This document shows positions 32,585 to 45,079 of a DNA stretch of 64,000 nt, piece by piece (position 1 is the stretch's first letter; each line of letters opens with the position of its first letter). Made by a program: the position numbers and the translations under genes. The notes beneath the pieces are model-generated. The model made no database searches and had not been told where the DNA came from. It saw only the letters and a program-made list of their open reading frames with translations. The stretch is from contig NZ_JABEZU010000002.1 in assembly GCF_013149785.1 (NCBI RefSeq), forward strand, positions 310,001 to 374,000, written 5' to 3'. Origin of the DNA: Isoptericola halotolerans (GTDB lineage Bacteria > Actinomycetota > Actinomycetes > Actinomycetales > Cellulomonadaceae).

Positions 32585-33322
32585 ATGACCGCCGCACCCC
32601 GGACCGCCCGCGCCCTCGCCCGGGCGACCATCACCCGCGAGATCGTGGCGGCGGCGCGGGCGCGCCTCGCCGCCGAGGGCCCGGCGTCGTTGTCGCTGCG
32701 TGCCGTCGCCCGCGACGTCGGCATGGTCTCCTCGGCCGTCTACCGCTACGTCGAGAACCGGGACGCGCTGCTGACCCTGCTGATCGTCGAGTGCTACGAC
32801 GAGCTGGGTGCCGCCGTCGAGCACGCCGATGCCCGGATCGCCGACCGGGGCGACGTCACCGCCCGCTGGCTCGCCGCCTGCCGGGCCGTGCGTGGGTGGT
32901 CCGTGGGGCACCCGGGCGAGTTCGCGCTGCTCTACGGCACCCCGGTCCCCGGCTACGCGGCCCCCCGGGACACGGTGGACCCGGCGATCCGCCTGGTGCT
33001 GGTCCTGGTCGGCATCGTGGCCGACGCCTACCGCGACGGGGCGGTGCCCCCGCTCGGCCCGACCGTCGAGAGCGGTCTGGCGACCCTCGTGGCCGGTGCG
33101 CGGGACGTCGTCGCGGCCCGCGGGCTGATCGACGACGCCCCGCCCGAGCTGGTGGTGCGGACCCTCATGGCGTGGACGACCGTGCTGGGCACGGTGTCGT
33201 TCGAGCTCTTCGGTCATCTGGCCGGGTCCGTCGACGATCCGGAGGCCTGGTTCGACGTCGTGTCGCTGCGTCTGGCGGCTGACCTGGGGATCGGCCTCGG
33301 GCAGGCGGTATCACCCGGGTGA
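32585..33322 (+). CDS. TetR/AcrR-family regulator
   Basis: HTH LSLRAVARDVGMVSSAVYRY; C-terminal W...G.VSFELFGH. Confidence 0.9.
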   Translation: MTAAPRTARALARATITREIVAAARARLAAEGPASLSLRAVARDVGMVSSAVYRYVENRDALLTLLIVECYDELGAAVEHADARIADRGDVTARWLAACRAVRGWSVGHPGEFALLYGTPVPGYAAPRDTVDPAIRLVLVLVGIVADAYRDGAVPPLGPTVESGLATLVAGARDVVAARGLIDDAPPELVVRTLMAWTTVLGTVSFELFGHLAGSVDDPEAWFDVVSLRLAADLGIGLGQAVSPG

Positions 33323-33460
33323 AATGGCCTCTGACCGGCGCTGATGGCGCCCCCGCGCAGGGGGTGAAAGAGGGGGTGAAAGGCCCTCGAAAAAGCACAT
33401 CGAAGCGTTTCTCCGCTCCTACAGTCATGACAGAACACGTCATCCCGAGGAGCCAGCATC

Positions 33461-34960
33461 GTGTCCATCACCGGAGCCCAGCAGCGCACCCGCAACGCGC
33501 TCGCCGGTGTGCGTGCTGCCCGGTTGCGGGAGGTGCGGGCGATCTTCCGGGCCGGGAGCTGGCAGACGGCGTACCGCCGCCGGCTCATGTGGTCCGACGG
33601 CCTGCTGGTCGCCCTGGCGGCCCTCCTGGCGGTCGTGGTCAACAACCTCGGCGACTGGATGCCCCTGGGAGGCGTCCGGGCGGACCAGCTGGTGTTCATC
33701 GCGGTGGTGTCGGTCGTGTGGCCGGTGTCCATCGCCCTGAGCCGCGGCTACGACGTCCGAGTCTTCGCGTCCGGGCCCCAGGAGTTCGAGCGCGTCTTCA
33801 ACGCGACCCTGCGGCTGTTCGCCGTGCTGGCCCTCGGGGCGTTCCTGCTCTCCTGGCCGGGGCTGCGTTCGTACCTGCTCGTGGCGTTCCCGGTCGGGCT
33901 CGTCCTGCTGCTCCTGGGGCGGTGGCAGTGGCGGGGCTGGCTGCGGCGCCGCCGCGCACGGGGCGAGTCGACGACCTCGGTGCTCGCCGTCGGGCTGCAC
34001 GACCAGACGGAACGTCTCGTCCGTGAGCTGAACGAGCGGCCGTCCGGGTACCGCGTGGTCGGGGTGTGCTGCCCGCCGGCCGAGGTCCGGCCGGGCCAGG
34101 AGGTGCTCGGGGTCCCGGTCCTCGGAGACCTGGACGGTGCCGCGACGATCGCGGCCCAGGTCGGCGCCGACTGCGTGGCCGTCGCCGGTTCGGACCACAT
34201 GACCGCCGACGCGGTGCGCCGGCTCGGGTGGGAGCTCGAGCCCGTCGGGGTCGACCTCATGCTCATGGCGGAGCTGGCCGACGTCGCGGGCCCGCGCATC
34301 ACGGTGACCCCGGAGCAGTCCGTCTCCCTGCTGCACGTCGACGCGCCGCGCTTCGTCGGGCCCAAGTACGTGGCCAAGACGATCATGGACTGGCTGGGAG
34401 CGGCCCTGATCACCCTCCTCGTGCTCCCCGTCCTGGTCGGCGTGGCGCTCGTCGTGGCGCTCACCAGCCGCGGGCCGGTGTTCTACCGGCAGCACCGGGT
34501 CGGCCGCGGCGGCCGGACCTTCCCCATGCTCAAGTTCCGCACCATGCGCGTCGGCGCCGACACCGAGACCACGGTGCTCGAGGCGGACCACGACGGCGCC
34601 GGGGTGCTCTTCAAGCGACGCGACGACCCGCGGATCACGCGTGCGGGCCGCACGCTGCGCCGCTACTCGTTGGACGAGCTGCCCCAGCTCTTCAACGTGC
34701 TGGCGGGCCAGATGTCGTTGGTCGGCCCCCGCCCGCCGCTCCCGCAGGAGGTCACCCGCTACGAGGCGCGCATGCGACGTCGGCTCCTCGTCAAGCCCGG
34801 GATCACGGGGCTCTGGCAGGTCGGCGGTCGGTCGGACCTGCCGTGGGAGGAGGCGGTCCGGCTGGACGTCTACTACGCCGAGAACTGGACCCCCTTCGGC
34901 GACCTGCTGATCCTGGCGCGCACGGCCAAGGTCGTGCTCGGCGCCCAGGGCGCCTACTGA
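33461..34960 (+). CDS. Polyprenyl-phosphate sugar phosphotransferase (priming glycosyltransferase)
   Basis: TM helices, KFRTM, DDPRIT, SLDELPQLFNV, MSLVGPRP, KPGITGLWQV. Confidence 0.92.
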   Translation: MSITGAQQRTRNALAGVRAARLREVRAIFRAGSWQTAYRRRLMWSDGLLVALAALLAVVVNNLGDWMPLGGVRADQLVFIAVVSVVWPVSIALSRGYDVRVFASGPQEFERVFNATLRLFAVLALGAFLLSWPGLRSYLLVAFPVGLVLLLLGRWQWRGWLRRRRARGESTTSVLAVGLHDQTERLVRELNERPSGYRVVGVCCPPAEVRPGQEVLGVPVLGDLDGAATIAAQVGADCVAVAGSDHMTADAVRRLGWELEPVGVDLMLMAELADVAGPRITVTPEQSVSLLHVDAPRFVGPKYVAKTIMDWLGAALITLLVLPVLVGVALVVALTSRGPVFYRQHRVGRGGRTFPMLKFRTMRVGADTETTVLEADHDGAGVLFKRRDDPRITRAGRTLRRYSLDELPQLFNVLAGQMSLVGPRPPLPQEVTRYEARMRRRLLVKPGITGLWQVGGRSDLPWEEAVRLDVYYAENWTPFGDLLILARTAKVVLGAQGAY

Positions 34961-35073
34961 GCATCCTGAGAAACGCTGCGACGGAGCGTCGCCCAACTTC
35001 CCGGTACCCTGGGACACTGCCTCGGCCGCACCGGCCGGGCGCTGTGGAGAACGACGAGCACGAAGAGGTCCAG

Positions 35074-35457
35074 GTGCCTACCGGCAAGGTCAAGTGGTAC
35101 GACGCGGAGCGCGGTTTCGGTTTCATCGCCAACGACGACGGCGGTGAGGTCTTCCTGCACGCCTCCGCGCTGCCCGCGGACACCCCGAGCCCCAAGCCGG
35201 GTGCGCGGGTCGAGTTCGGGGTGGCTGACGGTCGCCGAGGCCCGTCCGCGCTGTCCGTGAAGCTCCTCGACCCGCAGCCGTCGGTGGTGAAGGCCAAGCG
35301 GCGGCCGCCGTCGGAGCTGGCGGGCATCGTCGAGGACCTGATCCGGGTGCTCGACCGCACGGGCGACCAGCTCAAGCGGGGCAAGTACCCCGAGGCCGAG
35401 GCCGGCAAGCGCGTCGCCACGATGCTCCGTGCCGTCGCAGACAACCTCGATTCCTGA
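35074..35457 (+). CDS. Cold-shock domain protein with C-terminal extension (CspB/Rv0871-like)
   Basis: PTGKVKWYDAERGFGF, VFLHASAL, helical C-terminal extension. Confidence 0.88.
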   Translation: MPTGKVKWYDAERGFGFIANDDGGEVFLHASALPADTPSPKPGARVEFGVADGRRGPSALSVKLLDPQPSVVKAKRRPPSELAGIVEDLIRVLDRTGDQLKRGKYPEAEAGKRVATMLRAVADNLDS

Positions 35458-35470
35458 GAGCGAGACGATC

Positions 35471-36319
35471 ATGGCAACCGCCGACGCGCCTGCCAGGGCA
35501 CGCCGCGTGAGCTCGCGCGCCCGCAACGACGCCGTCCTGCTGGGCGCCGTCGAGCTCGCGCGCGCCGCGGCGCTGGACGTGGCCTCGTCGCCGGAGGACG
35601 TCGGCGAGCACCTGGGCACGCAGGCCGAGGGCGAGCGCCTGATGTCGCACCGGTTCGCGGCCGGTATGAAGGGCTACCACGGGTGGCACTGGACGGTGAC
35701 GCTGGCTCGGGTGCCGCGCGGTCGGGTCGCGACCGTCTGCGAGGTCGAGCTGCTGCCCGGCGAGGACGCGATCCTCGCTCCGGAGTGGGTGCCCTGGTCC
35801 GAGCGGCTGCGCCCCGGCGACCTGCGTGCGGGGGACACCCTGCCGTTCCGTGCGGACGACCCGCGCCTGGAGCCCGGGTGGACGCCCACGGGTGACGAGG
35901 AGCTCGACGGCGTCGCGATCGAGGAGCTGGCGCTGGCCCGCCAGCGTGTCCTGTCCCCGCAGGGCCGCGACGAGGCGGCCGAGCGGTGGTACCGGGGGAC
36001 GCGCGGGCCGACGGCGCCGAACGCGGTCGCCTCGGCGTCCGAGTGCACCACGTGCGGGTTCCTCGTGCCGTTGCAGGGCCCGCTGGGCCAGCTCTTCGGC
36101 GTGTGCGCGAACGAGTGGTCCCCCGACGACGGCAAGGTCGTGTCGCTGGACCACGGCTGCGGTGCCCACTCCGAGACGGACGTGAGCCGTCGCGGGAGCG
36201 ACTGGCCGGCGCCCGCGCCGCTCATCGACGAGTCGTCCATCGAACGGGTGCAGGTCGAGACGGACACCGCGGCGCCGGCCTCGGCCGCCGGGACGACGGA
36301 AGGTACCGGGATCGCGTGA
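35471..36319 (+). CDS. DUF3027 domain protein
   Basis: GYHGWHWTVT, LLPGEDAILAPEWVPW, CxxC..CAN..GCGAHSE. Confidence 0.85.
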   Translation: MATADAPARARRVSSRARNDAVLLGAVELARAAALDVASSPEDVGEHLGTQAEGERLMSHRFAAGMKGYHGWHWTVTLARVPRGRVATVCEVELLPGEDAILAPEWVPWSERLRPGDLRAGDTLPFRADDPRLEPGWTPTGDEELDGVAIEELALARQRVLSPQGRDEAAERWYRGTRGPTAPNAVASASECTTCGFLVPLQGPLGQLFGVCANEWSPDDGKVVSLDHGCGAHSETDVSRRGSDWPAPAPLIDESSIERVQVETDTAAPASAAGTTEGTGIA

Positions 36320-39300
36320 CGGACGACGTCTTCGGGACCGCCGCGCTGCGGCACGCGGTCGCGGAGGCGTGGCTCGGGTCCGCGACACGCTTCCGTGAGG
36401 ACGCGAACAGCGAGGAGGACCACGCCCGCGGCCACTACCGCGACCGTGTCGTGGTCGAGCTGCTGCAGAACGCGGCCGACGCCGCGGCGCGTTCCGGGCT
36501 GCCCGGTCGTGTCGAGGTCCGTCTCGACCTGGGTGCACGCCGCCTGGTGGTGGCGAACACCGGTGCCTCGCTGGACGCCGACGGCGTCGCGTCCCTCTCC
36601 TCGCTGCGCGCCTCGGCGAAGTCCGGGCCGGGACAGGTGGGCCGCTTCGGCGTGGGGTTCGCCGCGGTGCGCTCGGTGTCGGACGAGGTGACGGTGCGCT
36701 CGCGCACCGGCGGCGTGCGGTTCTCGACCGTCGCGACGCGGGACGTGCTGGAGAAGCTGACCGCCGAGGACCGTCCGGGAGCGCAGCGTCTCGCGGCGGA
36801 CGTCGCGGACCGTGGGGACGACCTCCCGGTGCTGCGCCTGCCGGTGGAGGCCCCGGCCCTGCCCGCCGGCGTCGAGCACGACACGGAGGTCGAGCTGACG
36901 CTGCGCGACGACGCCGCGTCGGCGGCGGTCCGCGCCCAGCTCGCCGAGGTGGACGACGTCCTCCTGCTCGCCTTCCCCGCTCTCGACTCGGTCACCGTGA
37001 CCGTTGTGGGCGCGAATCCTGGGGTCCCAGAAGGGGATGAACGGCGCATTTCGGGCCAGGATTCGCGCCCACAACGAACGGCGGTGGGCCGGTTCGAGGA
37101 GTCGGAGGTCGCCGACCTGCCGAGGGAGCACCGCCGCCTCGACTGGTCGCTCACCTGGGCGCTGCTGCCCGACGGCGGCACCCCGGCAGCGCCGCGACGT
37201 CGCGTGCTCCACGCACCCACCCCCACGGACGTCCCGCTCGACCTGCCCGCGGTGCTGCTCGCCACCTTCCCCGTCGACGCGGGCCGGCGCACCGTCCTGC
37301 CCTGCGCGGCGACGGAGCGCCTCGCCGCGGAGGCCGGCCGGGAGTACGCGGCCCTGCTCGGCGACGTGGCCCGCCGCCGGTCCCGTGCCGACGCTCCCGT
37401 CCCCGACGACGTCGACGTGCTCGCCCTCGTACCCACCGGGCTGCCGGCCTCCGAGCTGGACGCCGCGATCCGCTCGGCAGCGGCCGAAGCGCTGTGCCGC
37501 ACCCCGCTCCTGGACGGCGGTGTGGCACCGGTCGACGCCCTCGTCGTGGCGGGCGAGCCCGGGGAGGACCACGACCTCGTGGCGGCCCTGGGGCCCGTCC
37601 TGCCCGGGCTCGTGGCCGTCCCGGTCCGGCCCCAGGCGACCGTACGGTCCCTGGGAGCCACCACCGCGTCGCTCGCCGACGTCGTCGACGACCTGCCGTC
37701 CGGGCTGCCGGCCGTGCGATGGCACGAGCTGCTGACCGCCCTGGAGCCGCACGCCGCCGAGCCGGGCGTGCTCGAGGCGCTCGCCGGTGCCCGCATCCCC
37801 CTGGCCGACGGTCGCGTCGCCGGGGTGCGTGGCGCCGTCGTCCTGCCCGAGTCCGCGGACGACGGCGACGAGGCCTCGCTCGCCGCGACGGCTCGTGCGC
37901 TGGGACTGCGGGTGGTGCACCCGGACGCGACGCACCCGCTCCTGCTCCGGGCGGGGGCCGTGGCCACCGACCCACGACGGCTGCTCCACGACGCGGAGGT
38001 GCGGGACGTGTCCCTCGCCGCCGCGGAGACCGTCCTCGACGGCGGGGACGACGACGGCGCGCGCGAGCTGGTGAGTCATGCCCTCGCGCTCGTCCGGCTG
38101 GCCGGCGGGACGGACGTGCCCTTCTGGACGGGCGAGCTGCCCGTGCCGACGGTGGACGGCGAGACCGTCGCGCTGCGCGACACCGTGCTCCCCGGCACGT
38201 GGGCGGCGGAGCTCTTCACCGGGCTGGTGCCCGTCGCGCCCGAGTTCGTCGCCCGGTACAGCGCACCCGTGCTCGCCGCGGCCGGTGCGCGCACCGAGCC
38301 CGCCGTCTACACGGTCCGAGACGTCGTGACCCCCGAGCCGGACGGCTCGGACGGGCCGGAGCTCGAGGGCACGGGCAGCGGCGGCGACCACGACCCGGAC
38401 GACCCGTCCGGCTGGCTCGCCGGGTGGTCGGACTACCTGAAGATGCTCGCCGGACGTCTCGGCGCCGGCGTGGCCGTGGGTGACCTGGTGGCCGTCGCGG
38501 ACCTCGACGCCGTCGGCGACGAGGCCTGGCCGAGCGTCCTGTCCCGGCTCTCCTCCGACCCGGACGCCCGCCACGCCCTGCTGGCACCGGTGCGCACCGG
38601 CCGCGCCTCCGCGCCCTCGTACACCGCGTGGTGGTTGCGCGAGCGCTTCGGAGCCCCCTTCGCGCTGCACGACGGCGTCCCGCTCCTGCCGACGGCACCG
38701 CGCGACCTGGCCGGGCTCGACGTCGCGACGCGGCGTGCGCTCGGCGGCGTGGAGGCGCTGACCGACCTCGACGCCGCCGACTGGCCCGCCGCGCTGGACC
38801 GGCTCCCGCCTGCGGGAGCGAGCCTGCCGCTGCGCGACGCCCTCGTGGTGTGGCGTGGTCTGGCGCGGCTCTCGGCGCGGCTCGACCCGTCCGACCGCTC
38901 CTCCGCCCTGGACCCGCTGCCCGACCGCCTGCCCGCGCTGGACGCGAGCGACGTCGTCGTGCAACGGGCAGAGGACGTCGAGGTCGCCGGGACGGCCCGC
39001 TGGGCGGCCCTCGGGGCGGTGCTGCCCGCGCCCGCTGCGGACGCCGAGGCGCTGGCCGACCTGCTCGACCTGCCGCTGGCGGGCGAGGACGGCCTGCCCG
39101 CCCCGGACATGCCTGGCACCGAGCGGGAGCTGGACCCTCGCCTCGCCGTGCTGGACCATCGCATGCCCGCCTCGTGGTTCGAGCACGAGCGCCTCTCGGT
39201 GGCCGGCCGGCCCGTGCCGTGGTGGGTCGACGCGACCGGGCGCGTGCACGCGACGTCGCCGGCGGGGCTCGCCGCGGGTGTCGCCGACGTGCTCGGGCGG

Positions 39301-39384
39301 CCCGACCGCACCGTGCTGGTGGGCGCCGTGCTCGCGGACCCGGAGCGCGCGGTGGCGCTCTGGGCGACGACCGCCTGGGGCTGA
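36316..39384 (+). CDS. Sacsin-like GHKL ATPase domain protein
   Basis: RFREDAN.EED, ELLQNAADA, VANTG, GRFGVGFAAV; GTGA-coupled to the DUF3027 gene. Confidence 0.8.
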   Translation: MTDDVFGTAALRHAVAEAWLGSATRFREDANSEEDHARGHYRDRVVVELLQNAADAAARSGLPGRVEVRLDLGARRLVVANTGASLDADGVASLSSLRASAKSGPGQVGRFGVGFAAVRSVSDEVTVRSRTGGVRFSTVATRDVLEKLTAEDRPGAQRLAADVADRGDDLPVLRLPVEAPALPAGVEHDTEVELTLRDDAASAAVRAQLAEVDDVLLLAFPALDSVTVTVVGANPGVPEGDERRISGQDSRPQRTAVGRFEESEVADLPREHRRLDWSLTWALLPDGGTPAAPRRRVLHAPTPTDVPLDLPAVLLATFPVDAGRRTVLPCAATERLAAEAGREYAALLGDVARRRSRADAPVPDDVDVLALVPTGLPASELDAAIRSAAAEALCRTPLLDGGVAPVDALVVAGEPGEDHDLVAALGPVLPGLVAVPVRPQATVRSLGATTASLADVVDDLPSGLPAVRWHELLTALEPHAAEPGVLEALAGARIPLADGRVAGVRGAVVLPESADDGDEASLAATARALGLRVVHPDATHPLLLRAGAVATDPRRLLHDAEVRDVSLAAAETVLDGGDDDGARELVSHALALVRLAGGTDVPFWTGELPVPTVDGETVALRDTVLPGTWAAELFTGLVPVAPEFVARYSAPVLAAAGARTEPAVYTVRDVVTPEPDGSDGPELEGTGSGGDHDPDDPSGWLAGWSDYLKMLAGRLGAGVAVGDLVAVADLDAVGDEAWPSVLSRLSSDPDARHALLAPVRTGRASAPSYTAWWLRERFGAPFALHDGVPLLPTAPRDLAGLDVATRRALGGVEALTDLDAADWPAALDRLPPAGASLPLRDALVVWRGLARLSARLDPSDRSSALDPLPDRLPALDASDVVVQRAEDVEVAGTARWAALGAVLPAPAADAEALADLLDLPLAGEDGLPAPDMPGTERELDPRLAVLDHRMPASWFEHERLSVAGRPVPWWVDATGRVHATSPAGLAAGVADVLGRPDRTVLVGAVLADPERAVALWATTAWG
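37003..37075. repeat. REP-like 73-bp hairpin, copy B (inside a CDS, frame preserved)
   Basis: GTTGTGGGCGCGAATCCTGG-N33-CCAGGATTCGCGCCCACAAC, perfect 20-bp arms. Confidence 0.9.
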
Positions 39385-39388
39385 GCCG

Positions 39389-39640
39389 TCAGTCCTCGGG
39401 GTCGTCGCGGTGACGGCGTGCCCAGAGCAGGCCGAGGCCACCCAGCGCGACACCGGCGAGGCACACACCCACGGCGTCGTCGGTGGGCTGTCCTGCCAGG
39501 GCGAGCACGCTCAGGGCGACCAGCACGACCGACCAGACGATGATGCCCAGCAGGATCACGCGCCGCAGGTCCACGCGCTCCGGCGGTGGCGTGGGGCGGC
39601 GTCGCTCCGGGTGGAGCAACAGGGACATCACGGTGGGCAC
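39389..39640 (-). CDS. DUF2530-like small membrane protein
   Basis: P.PP..VD.RRVI..G...W, two TM helices, CLAGVALG; GTG 6 nt after TACGAT. Confidence 0.78.
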   Translation of the reverse strand: MPTVMSLLLHPERRRPTPPPERVDLRRVILLGIIVWSVVLVALSVLALAGQPTDDAVGVCLAGVALGGLGLLWARRHRDDPED

Positions 39641-39742
39641 GGGTCGATCGTACGTCGCGGACGCCCGGATACCCTCTCGCGGCGTAGGATGAACGACTGG
39701 CGAACGCAGTGCTGCGTGACGGTTACCGACGAGGGACGAGGA

Positions 39743-40135
39743 ATGAAGCGAGTCATCACCTACGGCACCTACGACCTGCTGCACTACGGGCACATCGAGC
39801 TGCTGCGCAGGGCGCGTGCGCTGGGCGACTACCTGATCGTGGCGCTGTCCACGGACGAGTTCAACGCGGGCAAGGGCAAGAAGTCGTACTTCTCGTTCGA
39901 GGAGCGCCGCCGCATGCTCGAGGCGATCCGCCACGTCGACCTCGTGATCCCCGAGAACACCTGGGAGCAGAAGTCCGAGGACATCAAGCTGTACCACGTG
40001 GACACGTTCGTCATCGGTGACGACTGGGCGGGCAAGTTCGACGAGCTCAAGGAGCACTGCGAGGTCGTCTACCTGGAGCGCACGCCGGAGATCTCCACCA
40101 CCCAGATCAAGGCGGGACTCGCCTCCAAGGCCTGA
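39743..40135 (+). CDS. tagD: Glycerol-3-phosphate cytidylyltransferase
   Basis: ITYGTYDLLHYGH, LSTDEFN, WEQK, GDDW, RTPEISTT; 130 aa. Confidence 0.92.
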   Translation: MKRVITYGTYDLLHYGHIELLRRARALGDYLIVALSTDEFNAGKGKKSYFSFEERRRMLEAIRHVDLVIPENTWEQKSEDIKLYHVDTFVIGDDWAGKFDELKEHCEVVYLERTPEISTTQIKAGLASKA

Positions 40136-40176
40136 CCCTCCCCAGGACCTTCACATCTCTGGCACCATGGGTGCTC

Positions 40177-42628
<2,452 letters not shown>

Positions 42629-42633
42629 AGGCG

Positions 42634-43248
42634 TCAGCGCAGGCTCGCGAGGTAGGCGTTCACCGCATCGAGGGTGGGCAGTAGTCCTTGCTGCTCGGCC
42701 TCGACCAGGGTGGGCGCGGCGGTGTCCTTGTCCGAGAGCTGGGGGCTCAGGGGTGAACCGTCGCGGGCGGTGGTGGGCCAGTCGATGCCGATCGCCGGGT
42801 CGAGGGGGTGGATGCCGTGCTCGGCGCCGGGGTCGTAGCCGGTCGAGCACAGGTACATCACGGTGGAGGCGTCCTGCAGGGACATGAACGCGTGCCCGAG
42901 ACCCTCGCCGAGGTAGACGGCGCGCCGGTCGACGTCGTCCAGCAGGACCGAGTCCCACCGGCCGAAGGTGGGGGAGCCGACGCGCAGGTCGACCACGACG
43001 TCGAGGATCGCTCCGCGGGGGCAGGCGACGTACTTGGCCTGCCCGGGGGGGACGTCCGCGACGTGGATGCCGCGCAGCACCCCGGCCGCGGAGACCGACA
43101 GGTTGGCCTGGGCCAGGTCCAGCGGGTGGCCGACGGCCTCGGTGAACGGGCCGGTCTTGAACCACTCGAGGAACACCCCGCGCGGGTCGCCGTGCTGCAC
43201 CGGGGTGATCTCGAACGCGCCGGGCACGGACAGCTCACGGAACTGCAC
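42634..43248 (-). CDS. rfbC: dTDP-4-dehydrorhamnose 3,5-epimerase
   Basis: HGDPRGVF, VLRGIH, QAKYV, VDLRVGSPTFG, LGHAF. Confidence 0.93.
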   Translation of the reverse strand: MQFRELSVPGAFEITPVQHGDPRGVFLEWFKTGPFTEAVGHPLDLAQANLSVSAAGVLRGIHVADVPPGQAKYVACPRGAILDVVVDLRVGSPTFGRWDSVLLDDVDRRAVYLGEGLGHAFMSLQDASTVMYLCSTGYDPGAEHGIHPLDPAIGIDWPTTARDGSPLSPQLSDKDTAAPTLVEAEQQGLLPTLDAVNAYLASLR

Positions 43249-43296
43249 TGGGCGGCCTTCCGGTCGGGGACGGTGTCGCGCTCTAGGATGCTACGG

Positions 43297-44181
43297 GTGA
43301 GCACCCTGGCGCGGTCGGGTCCCTGGGCGGTGGTCGGCGCCTCGGGGATGCTCGGGCGGGACCTGGTCGACCTGCTGGCCTCGCGGGGCATCGAGGTGAC
43401 AGCGCTGGGACGGACGGACCTCGACCTTACCGACGCCGGAGCGTCGCAGCGAGCGCTCGTCGGGGCCGCCGTCGTCGTCAACTGTGCGGCCTGGACCGCC
43501 GTGGACGACGCCGAGTCCCGCGAGGCAGAGGCGTTCGCCGTGAACGCGACGGGTGCGGCGAACCTGGCCCGGGCGGCGCGCGTGGCCGGTGCGAGGTTCG
43601 TGCACGTCTCGACGGACTACGTGTTCGACGGCGAGGCCACCGAGCCGTACGCCGAGGACGCACCGGTGGCGCCGCGCTCGGCCTACGGCCGCACCAAGGC
43701 GGCCGGGGAGCGGGCGGTGCGTGCGGAGGCACCGGACCACCTCATCGTGCGCACGGCGTGGTTGTACGGGGCGCACGGTGGTTGCTTCCCGAAGACCATG
43801 GCGCGTCTGGCCGCCGAGCGTGACCGGCTCACCGTCGTCGACGACCAGGTCGGCCAGCCGACGTGGGCCCGGGACCTGGCCGACCTCATCGTCCGACTGG
43901 TCGAGGCCGGCGCGCCGTCCGGGACCTATCACGGGACGTCGTCCGGCCGGACGTCGTGGTTCGGCTTCGCCCGGCGGATCGTGGCGGCCACCGGCCACCG
44001 CACGATCGTGGAGCCGACGACGAGCGAGGCGTTCCCGCGCCCGGCCCCCCGCCCGGCCTGCTCGGTGCTCGGGCATGACGCCCTGCACGCCGTGGGCGTC
44101 GAGCCGATCGGCGACTGGGCCGAGCGGTGGGATGTCGCGGCACCCGAGGTTCTCGCCCCGCTCAGTCCTCGAGCAGGCTGA
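43297..44181 (+). CDS. rfbD: dTDP-4-dehydrorhamnose reductase
   Basis: [40 protein letters not shown] 7 nt after TAGGAT. Confidence 0.94.
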   Translation: MSTLARSGPWAVVGASGMLGRDLVDLLASRGIEVTALGRTDLDLTDAGASQRALVGAAVVVNCAAWTAVDDAESREAEAFAVNATGAANLARAARVAGARFVHVSTDYVFDGEATEPYAEDAPVAPRSAYGRTKAAGERAVRAEAPDHLIVRTAWLYGAHGGCFPKTMARLAAERDRLTVVDDQVGQPTWARDLADLIVRLVEAGAPSGTYHGTSSGRTSWFGFARRIVAATGHRTIVEPTTSEAFPRPAPRPACSVLGHDALHAVGVEPIGDWAERWDVAAPEVLAPLSPRAG

Positions 44182-45025
44182 GCAGGTAGGCGCCGTAGCC
44201 GGACCTCACGAGCTTCTCGGCGCGGGCGCGCAGCTCGTCGTCGGAGAGGAACCCGCGCCGCCACGCGACCTCTTCCGGCGCTCCGACCTTGAGGCCCTGG
44301 CGCTGCTCGACGGTGCGCACGAAGTCGCCGGCATCGATCAGGGAGTCGAACGTGCCGGTGTCCAGCCACGCCGTGCCGCGCGGCAGCACCTCGACGTGCA
44401 GGCGGCCCTGGCGCAGGTAGGCGGCGTTGACGTCCGTGATCTCGTACTCACCTCGCGCCGAGGGCTCCAGGTCGCGGGCGATCCCCACGACGTCGTTGTC
44501 GTAGAAGTACAGCCCCGGCACCGCGTACCTCGACCTCGGCGCGGCAGGCTTCTCCTCCAGCGAGACCGCGCGACCCTCCTCGTCGAACTCCACCACCCCG
44601 TACGCGGACGGCTCGGCGACCCGGTAGGCGAAGATCGAGCCGCCGTCCACGCCGGTGAAGCGCTGGAGCTGGTCGCCCAGGCCCTGGCCGTAGAAGATGT
44701 TGTCGCCCAGCACCAGCGCCACCGACTCGCCGCCGATGAACTCCGCGCCCAGGACGAACGCCTGCGCGAGCCCGTTCGGCTGCTCCTGGACGGCGTACCG
44801 GATCGAGATGCCGAACTGCGAACCGTCACCGAGCAGGCGCTGGAACTGTGCCGCGTCGTGCGGGGTGGTGATCACCAGCACGTCGCGGATCCCGGCCAGC
44901 AGCAGCGTCGACAGCGGGTAGTAGATCATCGGCTTGTCGTAGACCGGCACGAGCTGCTTGCTCACGCCCAGGGTGATCGGGTGCAACCGGGTGCCGGAAC
45001 CGCCGGCCAGGATGATGCCGCGCAT
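44162..45025 (-). CDS. rfbA: Glucose-1-phosphate thymidylyltransferase
   Basis: [53 protein letters not shown]. Confidence 0.96.
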   Translation of the reverse strand: MRGIILAGGSGTRLHPITLGVSKQLVPVYDKPMIYYPLSTLLLAGIRDVLVITTPHDAAQFQRLLGDGSQFGISIRYAVQEQPNGLAQAFVLGAEFIGGESVALVLGDNIFYGQGLGDQLQRFTGVDGGSIFAYRVAEPSAYGVVEFDEEGRAVSLEEKPAAPRSRYAVPGLYFYDNDVVGIARDLEPSARGEYEITDVNAAYLRQGRLHVEVLPRGTAWLDTGTFDSLIDAGDFVRTVEQRQGLKVGAPEEVAWRRGFLSDDELRARAEKLVRSGYGAYLLSLLED

Positions 45026-45079
45026 GGCGTCGATGCTGTCACGACGGCGCCGGGCAGGCCGGGTGATTCCGTGGATGTG

